From contig NC_042999.1 of assembly GCF_006345805.1 (NCBI RefSeq), forward strand, positions 35,216,001-35,280,000: DNA of 64,000 nt, read 5' to 3'. The DNA is from Octopus sinensis. Lineage: Eukaryota. Below are positions 27,532 to 40,391 of this stretch, one piece after another. The number at the start of each line of letters is the position of its first letter. The stretch's first letter is position 1. The notes under the pieces were generated by a model. It was not told the origin of the DNA. It did not search any database and worked only from the letters and a program-made list of their open reading frames with translations. A program made the translations under genes and the position numbers.

Positions 27532-27830
27532 AGGCGCAATGGCCCAGTGGTTAGGGCAGCGGACTCGCGGTTTCGATTCCCAGACCGGGCGTTGTGAGTG
27601 TTTATTGAGCGAAAACACCTAAAGCTCCACGATGCTCCGGCAGGGGGTGGTGGCGATCCCTGCTGTACTCTTTCGCCACAACTTTCTCTCACTCTTTCTT
27701 CTGTTGGCCTGCTCGTTTAGCCAGCGGGGTGGCGTCATTTAAAGGCTAAAACAATGCGAAGCACATTGTGACCAGCGATGTGCAGCAACATCTTGTAACC
27801 TGGTCGATCACGGTGATCACGGTGATATAT
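27172..27830. mobile_element. Head-to-head inverted pair of full-length SINE family C
   Basis: 27172-27482 minus and 27528-27830 plus; A-box TGGCCCAGTGG, B-box GTTTCGATTCC; TA/TG spacer. Confidence 0.92.
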
Positions 27831-27841
27831 ATATATATATA

Positions 27842-28300
27842 TTCAGGATGCGATGGATAAATTGTCACCATTTTATATTTTCAATTTCGTGCATGCGCAT
27901 TGTTTGCTTTTGACTTTGTCGGCTACACAGTTATTGTTTCAGTCATTAGATATCGGCCATGCTGGAGCGCCGCCTTGAAGAATTTTAGTCGAATGAATCA
28001 ACCCCGCCACTTTTCTCGAAAATTTCATTGAAGTATCACCATCAACGAAAGTATATTAATGTTCCTTAAAATTCGTTGATTGATCACCAAAACTTCCATC
28101 CGCCAGCAAATATCTACGCTGATCTCACTTTCACATACTAAAAGCGTGCACAAAATTGATACTACTTTCCAAATATTGTCATATATGACTGGGCGGGACA
28201 TTATTCGCTCGCTCCATGCTGCTTCTGTCTATTCGGTTATTTTCAATGACGAGATGAGCGTGATATGTAGGGTCAAGTCTTGACCTCATTCAGCTCACTT
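27842..28300. mobile_element. Degenerate Tc1/mariner-like end with a SINE A tail fragment (27934-28005)
   Basis: CAGGATGCGATGGATAAATTGTCACC resembles a TIR; SINE tail motif GTTTCAGTCATT..GGCCATGCTGGAGC inside. Confidence 0.4.
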
Positions 28301-29694
28301 GCTGAAGTGCAATATTGATCAACAATATATCTCTTTGAGAAAGTAGTGAAGTGACTAACTCCAATATTGTTTAGTGGTACATTCGCGCCATAAAATATTA
28401 TTGACCCTTGGGATTTGCCTGTGCTTCATTCTTACTAGTGGTGTGTATAAATTCTCCTTTACACATTCCTTTGACAACAGTTAATCTATGAAGCATAAAG
28501 ATATAGTTAATTTTTATATCAAAATATGAAATATTCACTGGAGTCAGAACTATCGACAATCAACTATCCTACTACATGTAATTAAATGTAATTCCAACTA
28601 CTTGTAATTAAAAATTTAATATAGTCCCAAACAAGCCATATTCCCAACAACTAATATTCGATGTATTTCTTTTAATGTCGACAGTAGTAATAGAAATATA
28701 TATGTTGAAAAGATCTTGGTAGTGTTGGCATTTTTATTCATTGCTTTTATCAGGAAATTAATGTAGTTTACATATCATGAATTGATTGAGAAAGTATTTC
28801 CATTGGAGCATTTAATCTCACCATTGCAGATAAACGACACAACTGTCCAACGAACGGAATCTCCATTGTCTAATAAAATGAACTGAACTGCACCTCCACA
28901 ATGGTACAATAAAGATTTAATGCTTGTAAAATAGAACTACGGAGGGCTAAGTATCTTTGACAGTTGAAACTACATTGTAGGATCCAATAAATAAACATTC
29001 ATACTGGATTACAGTAACATAGTTCAATTCATGATCAAAATGCACTTTTAGAGAAATATGATGTATGATTGATTATTGACTATAAGAATCCAAGTTCATA
29101 TAAGGGAACTGAGTTATTGTAACGCTTCTGTTTGACGTGGATATTAACGATTTCAGTAAATTGAAAATGTTTCGTCTGAAAATCGATACTATTTCGTTAT
29201 CCGATAAGCTCAGTAAACAAAGGTAATGGTATAATGTTTACGGAATTTTTGAAGAAAGTTCTTTATGCATATTTTTAGAATTAAGAAGTTGCATTTATAA
29301 TAAGAAATATAACTAAACTATTAATATGTTTTATTTAGAGAATAGCTATTAAATATAGACCACGTACTGTTGCTTACAAGTATTTATTGCAAAATAAATA
29401 TCAATGTCTGTATAAGTTTCCGCCGATACATTTTTAAAACTTAAAACAAAGAAGACAATTATTTAAGCATTATATATTATGAGATTTATCAACTTTGTTC
29501 ATACTAGAATCATATAGGCCAGCAGTAAATAAACAGATTTATCCTATATTTGTTCTATATTGCCTCGCAAAGATATATATTTATATACATACCCACCATC
29601 TCATACATACACACGCGCACCTTCATTTTGGTATCACTACTACTTTATTATCTCCCCTTCTTCCTAGCTTTCCTGTGTGACTCTTCTGTCCGGC

Positions 29695-29890
29695 ATTCGC
29701 CCTGATAGAGCGCTAGCCACTACACATTCTTTATTTTCTCTCCTTGTTTCTTTCTGTGTTCCTTTCTGTGGAAGATCGTAGGCTCGAAACGTTAAAGACT
29801 TTTTTCACTTCCCGAGCGTTATACTAATACATCTGTTTGTTGTCTACACCACCTGTCTTCGTCTTTTCTTTTTTTTTTAATGATTTCTCC

Positions 29891-29985
<95 letters not shown>

Positions 29986-30378
29986 TATACATATATATAT
30001 ACATATATACATATATGTGGAAGAGAGTAGGCTCGAAGCGTAAAAGACTTTTTTAAATTCCCGAGCGTTATACTAATACATCTGTTTGTTTTCTACACCA
30101 CTTGTCTTCGTCTTTTGTTGTTGTTTTTTTCGTGAATACTTCCCATATATCACACGCTCACGTGGTCGCACCAGTTGATCCTGTCTCGAAAAAAACAAAA
30201 GACGAATACGGGTGGTGTAGAAAACAAACAGATGTATTAGTATAACGCTCGGGAATTGAAAAACTCTTTTATGTTTCGAGCCTACGCTCTTCCACAGAAA
30301 GGAACACAGAAAAAAAACAAGGAGAGAAACATAGAAAGAAAAAAAGTGTGTAGTGGCTACCGATCTATCATGGCGAAT
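29695..30378. mobile_element. Three copies of Penelope-type pLTR family F3 (+ 29695-29890, + 30014-30147, - 30185-30378)
   Basis: Mutual similarity; consensus CTTT-CTGTGGA-A-GAGC-GTAG-GCTC-GAAAC-GT(T/A)/AAAG. Confidence 0.7.
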
Positions 30379-31557
30379 ATATAAAGCTGAAATGCGAAAA
30401 GTTTGTTTGTCTCATTTTGCGATTGGAACGGGTTAAGGGACACTAGATGGGGTCGGATTGGCTCCAGAATTTACAGGGACATGTAAAAAGAGGCGAGGAA
30501 GTGAGTGGACTAGGTTCGAAACCCCTATCTCAAAATCTGTTGTTCCTAGGGTAACAAAACCCAAACTTTGACAAGTATTTGCCGTTTCTCACTTTCGTAT
30601 ATCACCCTGTCTTCTTCCGTCTCTTTCTTCCCTTCCTTCCCTCCACTGTCTCTATATAACGACGTTTGACAGCGTCGCCGTCTCTCTGTCACTCTTTCAC
30701 CCACCACCTCTCTCACTGTACGTCTAGTCTGTATCTATAGAAAGAAAGCGTTGACAGCCGCAAAAGTTTTAATATTCCCGCCACAGGTCTTTTAGAACAG
30801 TGAATTATTACCTTGATACAAATTGGATTTTTATGTGAAAAGGGGTCTAAATGGGACTGGGAGGGGAATAAAATTTACAGGAGGGAGTGTTTAGGAATTC
30901 TCTGTTACATCAAGCTAAAAAATTTGCGCCAGCCTTTAAATCGTCAATGTGTTGCCGTCCGTCATGAAGAGGTTTTGAATGCCTGCCATAATGAGTCTAC
31001 TATCGTGAGATAAAGTCACTTCAAAACTTGGTGTTTAGGAATTTTCTTTTACATCAAGTTCAACATTTTGCGCCAGCCGTTAATCTGCCAGTACGTTGCT
31101 GTCCGTTGTTAAGAAGTTTTGAATGCCAGCCATGGTGAGTCTACTATCCTAAGAGTCTATCCCTTCAAACTTTGGTTTCTAATATTTTTTTTATTTTTAT
31201 TCAGCTCGCAAGTTCGTCTGTCCCTTTTAAATGTTAGTGTTTTGCTGTCCGCCTTGAAGCAGACTTTTCCGTTGTCACTGCCTGATATTTATGATTGATC
31301 TTTCAAAATATTTCCTTTCTCAACTTACTCAAGATCTTCAGCTTTTTATAAATGGGAGAGAGAGAGATAGAGAAAGATAGTGACTAAGAGAAAGCGAGGG
31401 AGAGTTCGAGAGAAAGGAAGAGTAAGATAGTGGGAAAGTGAAAGAGAAAGGAGAGAGAAACAAAGAAGGAGAATGTAGCGCTAAGAAACAGAAAGGAAGC
31501 AACAGAAAGTAACAACCACACCCTTACCCGCGCGTAAAGCGGTTCACCTTAAGCTAG
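30379..31557 (+). mobile_element. Non-autonomous Helitron-like element with internal ~146-bp repeats
   Basis: 5' ATAAAGCTGAAATG..TTTGTTTGTCT, 3' hairpin ACCCGC..GCGGT then CTAG|T; repeats at ~30885 and ~31031. Confidence 0.55.
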
Positions 31558-31589
31558 TATATATATATATATATATATATATTATTGAT

Positions 31590-31863
31590 GTGCCCTTTCC
31601 AAGCCTAGCCAGGCTCATGGGCCCGGTTTCCCGGTTTCTATGGCGTATGTGTTCCCCAGCGTTACTCAAGAAACAGGAAGAAAGAGTGAGAGAAAGTTAG
31701 GGCGAAAGAGTACAACAGGGGTCGCCACCAGCCTCTGTCGGAGCCTTTTGGAGCTTTTGACGTTTTCGGTCAATAAACACACACAACACCCGGTCTGGGA
31801 ATCGAAACCGCGATCCTCCGACCGCGAGTCCGCTGCCCTAACCACTGGGCCATTGCGCCTCCA
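31590..31863 (-). mobile_element. SINE family C, tail type 2
   Basis: Matches 37944-38246 with a short tail deletion. Confidence 0.88.
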
Positions 31864-31866
31864 TAG

Positions 31867-32180
<314 letters not shown>

Positions 32181-32659
32181 TAGAAATAAACATTCGTGGT
32201 ATTGTACGATGAAATATATTAATAGTGATAGAAAAATTGATCTGAAATAATGGAGATATCTTTTCTTTGTTTATTTATATGCAGATATAAATATCTGGAT
32301 TTTCCTAAAGAAATACAAGAATACTGCTTAAATCCTCTTATCTTTTTGTGTTGTTGTCCAGTGCTGGAGAGTCAATGTTTGTCTCTACTTAAGAAAAGAG
32401 TGATTACTTTTTATAGTTGATTGAGAGGCAGCTTGTCACTGACAGGTCATCAGAGGTCATGTGGCGAATGAAAAACTTATTCTCTACCAAAATTTTATGT
32501 TAAAGAATTTTCTATTAAAGGATTTTGGCGGTCCAGAAAAATATTTTCTTGCATTGTTACTTGTGTCCGTGCTTATGTGTATAGGCATGCAAAAGTGCAC
32601 GTGCGCGTCTGAACAGTGACCAGTGATGTTTATGTATAAATATCCAAACTCACACACGC

Positions 32660-33020
32660 GCAGTGAGAAGAAGAAGAGGAGAGGAGGAGGGGTTGGTGGA
32701 GGAGAATGAGGCTGAGGAAGGCGAGGAGAATGAGGAGGAGGAGGAGGAGGCGGACGACGACGAGGACGAGGACGAGGATGATTAGGAGGGAGACGAGGAG
32801 GAGGAGGAGAACAACAGCAACGAGAAAAAAGAACGAGGAGAAGACGACAAGGAGGAGGGGTGGTGAAGGAGTGGAGGAGGGGCGGAGGAGGGGTGGGGGA
32901 GGGGCGGAGGAGGGGTGGGGGGCGGAGGAGGAGAAGAGGAGTGGTGGATGAGGGGCGGAAGAGGGGGAGGACGAAGAGGAGGAGGATGAGGAAAATGTGG
33001 AGGAGGGGGAGTAGGTGGCT
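32660..33020. repeat. GA-rich (GAG/GAC)n low-complexity tract
   Basis: Direct reading. Confidence 0.9.
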
Positions 33021-33731
33021 TTTTAACCCTGACCACTAATGTATCCCTGAAACGGCCGTAGATGGAACATCCTCCTTTTTTTTCGGATCGTTTTTATTTA
33101 CTGTTCTTCACCTTGATATTTTGTGTCACTTTTATCTCATATTTTAGATGTATGAGACATTTTGAAGATTGACATTTTTATTCATATATTTGTCGGCCTC
33201 TCATTCGCTTTGTGCCCCCTATATTTATCACGCATTACTTTTACATGTAATCCTTATCTATATGTGATTTTATATGAATTTTTATATATTTTTATATGTC
33301 TTTATATCTCTCCTATATTTTTATGCATGTTTGGTTTTATTATTTATACTCTTGGAGAATCGTAACGCCTATACACGCATGATTTATGTTGACGTGTATA
33401 CATATGATTCAATTACATTGATTGAATATCTTCATTTATGCGTTCGGGAATTTGGCTGATTGCCTAGGATTTGCGTTTTCATTTTCCTCTACTTTGTATA
33501 GCATATATATATCAGTTTATGAGAGGTAATGGTGTCATTGAGACCCCAAAGGTGTCAGGTAATGAGGAATAAGTGCTATAGATAGACCATAGTTAAGTTC
33601 CAGATTCGGTGAATATGCGAATAAGGGTTTCAACGTTGGTCATATGTCAGCGTGTGCATATAAAAAAAAAATTTTTGTCGTAATGAGATAAAACACCAAG
33701 GGTGTGTAGATTTTAGAACATTTATGGATAG

Positions 33732-33779
33732 GTCTTACAGCTGTTTCCAGGATATTTATTACATCCCTTCATCGGAGTC
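33732..33779 (-). ncRNA. Type I hammerhead-like motif (family F4)
   Basis: Minus: GACT-CCGATGA-A-GGGAT-9 nt-ATCCT-G-GAAAC-AGCT-GTA/AGAC; stem III palindrome ACAGCTGT. Confidence 0.6.
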
Positions 33780-33925
33780 GGTGTGAGGGGGTGGTTAAGA
33801 AATAGCTAATTTAGATAAGATATAAAATACAGAGTGAGGTGGAGGAAAGAAAAGAAAATAGATGTGAGATATGTAGGGATGTTGTATTTGTAGATCCATT
33901 TTTTAGGCAGAATGGTATATATATA

Positions 33926-34319
33926 TCTATATATATAAAACTCTAGTTGTGTGAGTGTCTGTCCCCTTCGATTTAGATTCCTAACTCCTCCCACATTTTG
34001 CGGTGCAGTTTAACCAAATTCGGGTATCTTATAGTCGTGATTCATATCGAGCCCGTCTGACTATTAGCGCGCGTCAACGATGAGTCTACGATTTTAAAAA
34101 TAATTTAACATCATTTTTTATTCCATTTTAATGCATAAAATGCATCGTATGTCGATGGCGGCGGAGTTGGCGTTCTTTTAGAACAACGACTTCATGGCTT
34201 GAAGACACCAAAACAAAAATGGCTAAGAAAGCCCGAATTTATAAGGGAAGTAACTCTCTAAAAATGCTTATATAGTTATTTCCTTTACAAACCCGAGCAA
34301 CGCCGGGCGATACTGCTAG
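33926..34319 (+). mobile_element. Non-autonomous Helitron-like element
   Basis: A|TC start, hairpin CCCGAGCAACGCCGGG, CTAG|T end; homologous to 913-1308. Confidence 0.8.
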
Positions 34320-35524
34320 TATATATATATAATATTTCAATACCTTATGAGTAAAATGTAATAGTATTTAAAATTGGTCGTTCCAAGTTTAGAGTTTATA
34401 CACAGTGTTATTGAATCAAGGGTTTTATTTAAAGTGACCTAAAAATAGAGAGTGTATTAGTAGGGTCAAATCGAAAGTAGGAAGAGAGGAATAAAGAAAG
34501 AGACAAAGAAGAGAAAAAGAGAGAATAAGGAGAAGAAAGTAAGAAGGAAAATAATAAAATAATAAAAAAATTAAAAAACAGGGAGAGAGGAATAAAGGAA
34601 AGAAAGAAAAAAGAAAAAAGAAAAACAAAGATATAGATAAGAGAAAGTGTACCAGTTAGTGGTCAGTGGAGATAATTTGAAAGTAGGAGTGGGAGATAAA
34701 GGGTGATAGAGAGAGAACGGTATTAGAGGGTAAAAAGGTAGATGGAATGGGGGTAATAAGAGGTAAAGGAGTGGCAAATGTGTACTGATAGAGTCTAAGT
34801 AATGGGGCAGAGAGAGGGTTAGTAGTAAAGAATAAATAATCTAGGAATTTAGATGGTTTGGCAGGCCAGTGCTTAGTAATATAAGAAAATATATATGTGA
34901 AGATGTATACATACATATATATATATATTTATACAGATGTTTATACATATCAATATCCACACATACAACTCTTACTCGTATGTATATGCACACATGCGCA
35001 CCCACATATAAGTGTATCTGCGGCGAGTGCTTGATTATAATATGGTGCGTGATTATTGAAAATTTCTTCAGTGGAAGAGAGGTCGGATACGCGGGTTGAG
35101 ATGCCCTTGATTATGTTATCGAAAGTGGATTTGTGGTGACTGGAGTGGATGTTAAGATATTTAAGATATCTGACCTCTCTTCCAATTCTGCTGAATTGAC
35201 ACTTCGAAACCGATCTCTGTATTTTAGTAACTTTTTTTTAATAATTCTAGTTAGCTTGAAAACCTAATTTCGAAATATGTTAGATATCTTGGATGTCCTT
35301 TGCTTATAAAGATGACCAATTCTCTCCACCTCTTTGGCCTGATGGTATTTCTTAAACAGCATCGCCAACTCTAGGCACCATTCAACACTGATAGAAGCAA
35401 ACACGTTGATAAACATTTAAGAATACAAAGACCGAAAGGGAATGGTTAATGAATGCATATAACAGGATAGAAAGAAGAATTTAATAATACTGTCTGTATG
35501 AATTTTAAAGTGAAATGATTCTTC

Positions 35525-35735
35525 CAAATTTTCGTACAAAGTCAGCAATTTTAAGGGGAAGGGTTTAGTCGACTATACCGACCCCAGAGTTAAATAATAC
35601 TTATTTTATCGATTCGAAAAGGATGAAAAGCCAAGTCAATCTCAGTGAAGTTTGAATTCATAGCATAAAGAACTAGATGGTAAGCCACTAAGCAGTTTGC
35701 CCGATGTGCTAACGATTTTTCAAGCTCATTACCTT
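35525..35735 (-). mobile_element. SINE family B, old copy
   Basis: TACTTATTTTATCGATTCGAAAAGGATGAAAAG..GTGCTAACGATT match. Confidence 0.6.
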
Positions 35736-36371
35736 TGCTTGCTTGTAAGAGAAATATGAATGAGTAAAGAGTGTACACGACTTTGATAGTACGAAGAATG
35801 TTTGAGACTAGGTTGAAAATTAGATTTAAAAATCACATGCAAAGTGTTTCGCGAAATTATCGATAAGAACATATGTGTAACTAACGGATAATACATTTAT
35901 TTTTGAAGGTGTAGAGTTAAATACAGGCTCTGGCAAACTGAAAATCCTCAAAAAGTTTGATAACCAACCAATTTTCTTATCTCCTTTCAAATAAAGTAAT
36001 TATATTTTCTAAAAGTGGATGTTATTGGTGAACGGATACAATCTCCAAATTATAGAAGTTTTGATAAGATAATGAATATTGATAAATAATTAAATATTTA
36101 TAATATGTCTTCATTTTATTATATATATCTGCGTTGAAATATATAATATGTATATAATATAGTATTTGAACAATTTGAATGAAAAGACAGTATCTTATTA
36201 GAATAAGATTTAAACTTTTTAGATATTCTTTTTCTGCTGAATTGTTAGATGGAATACCATCTCTGTATTTGAAGAAGATTTAACCTCCCTTGATCATTTC
36301 TAATCAGAATCATTTTAGGTACACAAACTTAAATCAAATTATGAATGTGTACTATTGATACTTTTATTATA

Positions 36372-37228
36372 TACAAAGTGTTTTTCCCGACAAAACTAAT
36401 GCTGTATGAGCAAAATCCTTTCTGTGGGAGGTGATGCCACCCTTTCTGCGCATGAGAGAAAAGTTTTGCGCCAGTAGACCGCATCAGTTCTTGGTTGTTA
36501 CACCTAGTGTACAGATGTGTAGTGTGCGCTCGTCGGATTTTCGTTGATGACTGAAAGCTTCGAGCAGAGATCATGAACCCATATCTGACCACCAGTGATA
36601 ATGGTGTTCATGAAGTATGGATCATGGTTTGCACAGGCCAACATGTCCTGAGTGATTGCTTCTGCTGCTCCACCAGCACCTCGGGGCTGAATTTCGCCGA
36701 CACTCTCCACGTGCACAAATCCTCCGTTAAAATGCACTGATTTTGTGCTTATTCCCATTTCGTAAGCAATTTCCTGGATTGTTACACGACAGTCTTCGCT
36801 GAACCTTCTGAACCGGCTCCTCGTTTCTGCTTGTGGATCGCCTACCCGAGCGTGCCTCGCTTTCAACAAAGGTACATCAATGTTTGATGCAGTTGTACCA
36901 CTCCTTAATCTGAGTTTTGCCCATGGCATCATCGTGAAAGGCTTCCTGAATCTTCTGGATTGTTGAAGCTTGAATATCACTAAGATTTTGACAAAACTTC
37001 ATGCAATATCTCTGCTCGATGCGCTTGGTGAAAACGAGAATCAGACGAGAGCGCACTACATATCTGTACCCTAGGTGTAACAGGCGGGAACTCACACGGT
37101 CTACTGGTGCAAAAGTTTTCAAGCATGTGCAAGAATAGTGGCATCATCTCCCATCCGAAGGATTTTATCTACATGACTGTAGTTTTCGCAAAAGAAAATA
37201 AAGCCGGATGCTTTCCGAACGCACCTCC
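36372..37228. mobile_element. Rearranged mariner relic with two 5' ends facing inward
   Basis: Minus N-terminal transposase IEQRYCMKFCQNL..IQEAFHDDAMGKTQIKEW; ~160-bp diverged inverted arms 36390-36545 and 37030-37190. Confidence 0.7.
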
Positions 37229-37943
37229 ATATATTGATGTACTCATATGTATACGCATATATATAATTATACATGTATGTATGCATGTATGTATATATGT
37301 ATGTATCTGTGTGTGTGCGTGTGCGTGTGTGTGTGTAATGATGACAGGAAGACAATGGAGAATTATGGGTGTATAAATAATTTATTTGTATGATATAATG
37401 AGGGGGGAATATTATTTAAGAAAGCAATACAAATATATTATAAAGCTCTAAAAGAAATGGAAGATGCCAAAAATCCACACATGTTTCGATTCATGGTTTT
37501 CATTGGTTTGGTAATAGATACAGTTCAGGAAATCTATGGATGGTGTAGCGTTCACATCATATTTAAAATCAGGTATAGATAAAAAAAAAGTTTGAAAAAT
37601 CGAACCGTTATGATATATATCTTAAAAGCCTTACATGTGAACACTTAGTCGTCAATATATAAAGTCTATATATTCATATTTATGTATTTATACATTCGTA
37701 TATATGTGTTTCTGTATGTGGGGTACTTCAATATATATGCGTACGTATTTACACATGTATTTACATATGCGTATATTCAAACAGAATATATATATATATT
37801 ATCAGATAGGTTAAGTTGTTAGAGTTATGTTATGGAAAGTTTAATATCTAGAATTGATCAGTTAAGAGGTCAAATAAAAAGAGAAGTTAAACGAGGGTGT
37901 GAAGAGAAACAGAATAAAATATAATGAAGTAAAATGTAGTTGA

Positions 37944-38246
37944 GTGGAGGCGCAATGGCCCAGTGGTTAGGGCAGCGAACTCGCGGTCGGAGGATCGCGG
38001 TTTCGATTCCCAGACTGGACGTTGTGTATGTTTATTGAGCGAAAAGACCCAAAAGCTTCACGAGTCCTCCGGCAGGGAGTGGTGGTGACCCCTGTTGTAC
38101 TCTTTCGCCACAACTTTCTCTCACTCTTTCTTCCTGTTTCTTGAGTAACGCTGCGATGGACTGGCGTCCTGTCCAGCTGAGGGGAACATATACGCCACAG
38201 AAACCGGGAAACCGGGCCCATGAGCCTGGCTAGGCTTGAAAAGGGC
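37944..38246 (+). mobile_element. SINE family C, tail type 2, full length
   Basis: A/B boxes, shared body, tail GCGATGGACTGGCGTCCTGTCCAG..GAAACCGGG. Confidence 0.9.
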
Positions 38247-38820
38247 GACGTTTATCGTTTTTTTTTAATGTAGTTGAATATATCGGAGCAAATATTGGGT
38301 ATTTGTTATAATGTCGCATAATATGTAAGTAATTATTAATTATTAACTAAATAAATAAATTGGAGATCATTTCATTATATGTAGGAATAGCGTATTACGT
38401 TATATAAAGAAAAAACGTAGTACTTGTATTTATGACAGATCTTTTTGCTAAGGTAGATTAGATTAGAACTATTTAATAGTTAAACCAAGTGTTGATATTT
38501 AAAGATAATTTAACAAATATGAGTTATAATTTAATTTACTCTGTAAAAATAAGAAAGAAATAATGCATATGCTAGAAATTTATCGGTAAGGAGATCTTAT
38601 TTATAGATATTACAAAAGAAATAAAACTGAATGTTTGTTAGAATATAACCATTTATATATATTATGCATATGTTAGAAATAAGTAAATTTAGGTAAGATA
38701 TATATTTTATATTGTATAGAATTATTGATATAAATGCTGATTCTAATAAGGATCTAATTAATTCAGTTTCAAATTTAGTAAAAGTATTTATGGTTAATAA
38801 GGAACTTAACAATAGTGATA

Positions 38821-39300
38821 TTAATAATTAAAGAATGATAAATGGTATTTATAAAATAGATATTTAGGAGTGTATAGACAAGTCGAGAATTTTTCAACCA
38901 TCTCATTTAATACTTGTTTACTAGAAAAAAGGAAGTTATAGCACTCTGAAGAGCAGAGTTGACAATTTCTATCAGGTGGATGGTAAGATTTTGTAGAACA
39001 TATAATCTTCCATCTAATTTTAAAACTGATATTACTGTCTTTTAATTTCCAGATAAATTTACTAAGACTAGTCGAAGAACGTTTATTGGGGTTTCTAAAA
39101 CAACATTCATGGTTAGCCAATCTAAGTTCCATATATGATTCCGTAGAACCAATTCAGAAAAAGAGTTTATCTTCTGCTTTTACTATAGCTTGGTATACTA
39201 AATTCTTCCGTTTGCAATAATTATTAAATTTACATTGCCCTTTAACCCTACAATCACAGAACTTACTAAGATTATCACTAGAATTAGTAGGTGGGTTATG
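38821..39300 (-). pseudogene. Penelope-like GIY-YIG endonuclease remnant
   Basis: CDCRVKGQC..KNLVYQAIV..FF*IGSTESYMELRLANH..LSKFIWKLK..CQLCSSE; one stop where the Y of YIG is expected. Confidence 0.85.
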
Positions 39301-40391
39301 GGCAGTAAGCTCTCTTTTATTGGTTATTATTGAATATTTGGAGTTGGCTTTATCTTGCGTTACTTAGCCCGCCGGTAACGCTTTCACGTGATTAGTTGAC
39401 AGGAAAGAGAGGAGAGAAAAAAGAGAGAAAAAGCGGATAAGGGGAAGAGTGAGACAGAAAATGAGAGAAAGAAAGAAGAGGAGATAAAAGAGGGAGAGAA
39501 GTGTCCATGACCTTGGTGGGGGGATAATAATAAATTAGCAGAGAGTTGATGTTCTGATGGTGAAGTTAAAGAAAGGTGGAGAGAAGGCGTAAAAAGAGAG
39601 AGAAGAGGGAGAGAAAGAGGAGAGAGAAATAGGGGAGAGAGAGAAAAGAAATAGAGGGGAGAGATATATGATAGTGGTGGTGGCGGTGGTGATTGCATAG
39701 TGAATAGTGTATTTTTTCTTTAATTGAACTAAGTTTTTTTATATCACCTATCACTTAACACATGCGCATAAGTACAATTCCGTGAAATATTCACGCTTAT
39801 ATACATGGCAGATATATGCAATTTAACTAAAGGTTGTATCGTATGTACGGGATATTTTTTAATGGGAAAAATAGAAAACTAATAGAGAATATTCATTTTA
39901 TGAATACCGTGTATTAAGTCTATAAAATTGTGCATAAAGTATATAAAGTGCATTAAGTAATCATCGTATTCCAATTTCTTTCGCTTTTCAATGAGTAGCT
40001 GATGAGCAACTATCCTTCCATACAGACATAACTCAAGCGACGCTTTCAGGCTTTTTGGATAAAGTTTTCAAAAATAACGCAATAGGTTTACCATTAATTC
40101 CGTTAAATATTCACGTGTCCCGCTAGTTATCATAAATATATTTATCCAGCTGTATTTAGAGTTAAGCACTTGACTCAATTAAGGTAAAATCCGAAACGAG
40201 ATTTTAAAAATTAAATTATATTTCCTTCAGAAAAAAGCAGTTATTTTGTTTTCTTAATTTTGTTTTGGTAAATTTGAATTTCGAAATCATTAATGCTAGT
40301 GAAATGTTCATTTTTTTTTTCTTTCAAATAATAAAATATTCATTAGGTATCCTCATTTATTTTAGAATAGATTGTTTTATCTTCCAAACTA

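Noticed and set aside
28810-28890. Possible terminal exon after TTGCAG (INDTTVQRTESPLSNKMN*)
   Set aside because: Short, no recognisable homology and no supporting upstream exons
33040-33070. GAAAC-GGCC-GTA half-hammerhead
   Set aside because: No matching core or stem I upstream; similar incomplete hits near 37470 and 53372 were also dropped
35100-35460. Possible Penelope N-terminal coding remnant on minus (also ~61500-61750)
   Set aside because: Only vague compositional similarity; no diagnostic motif
37944-38020. tRNA-like sequences with A and B boxes (also 18740, 27528, 61753)
   Set aside because: They are SINE heads continuing into shared bodies; no complete cloverleaf
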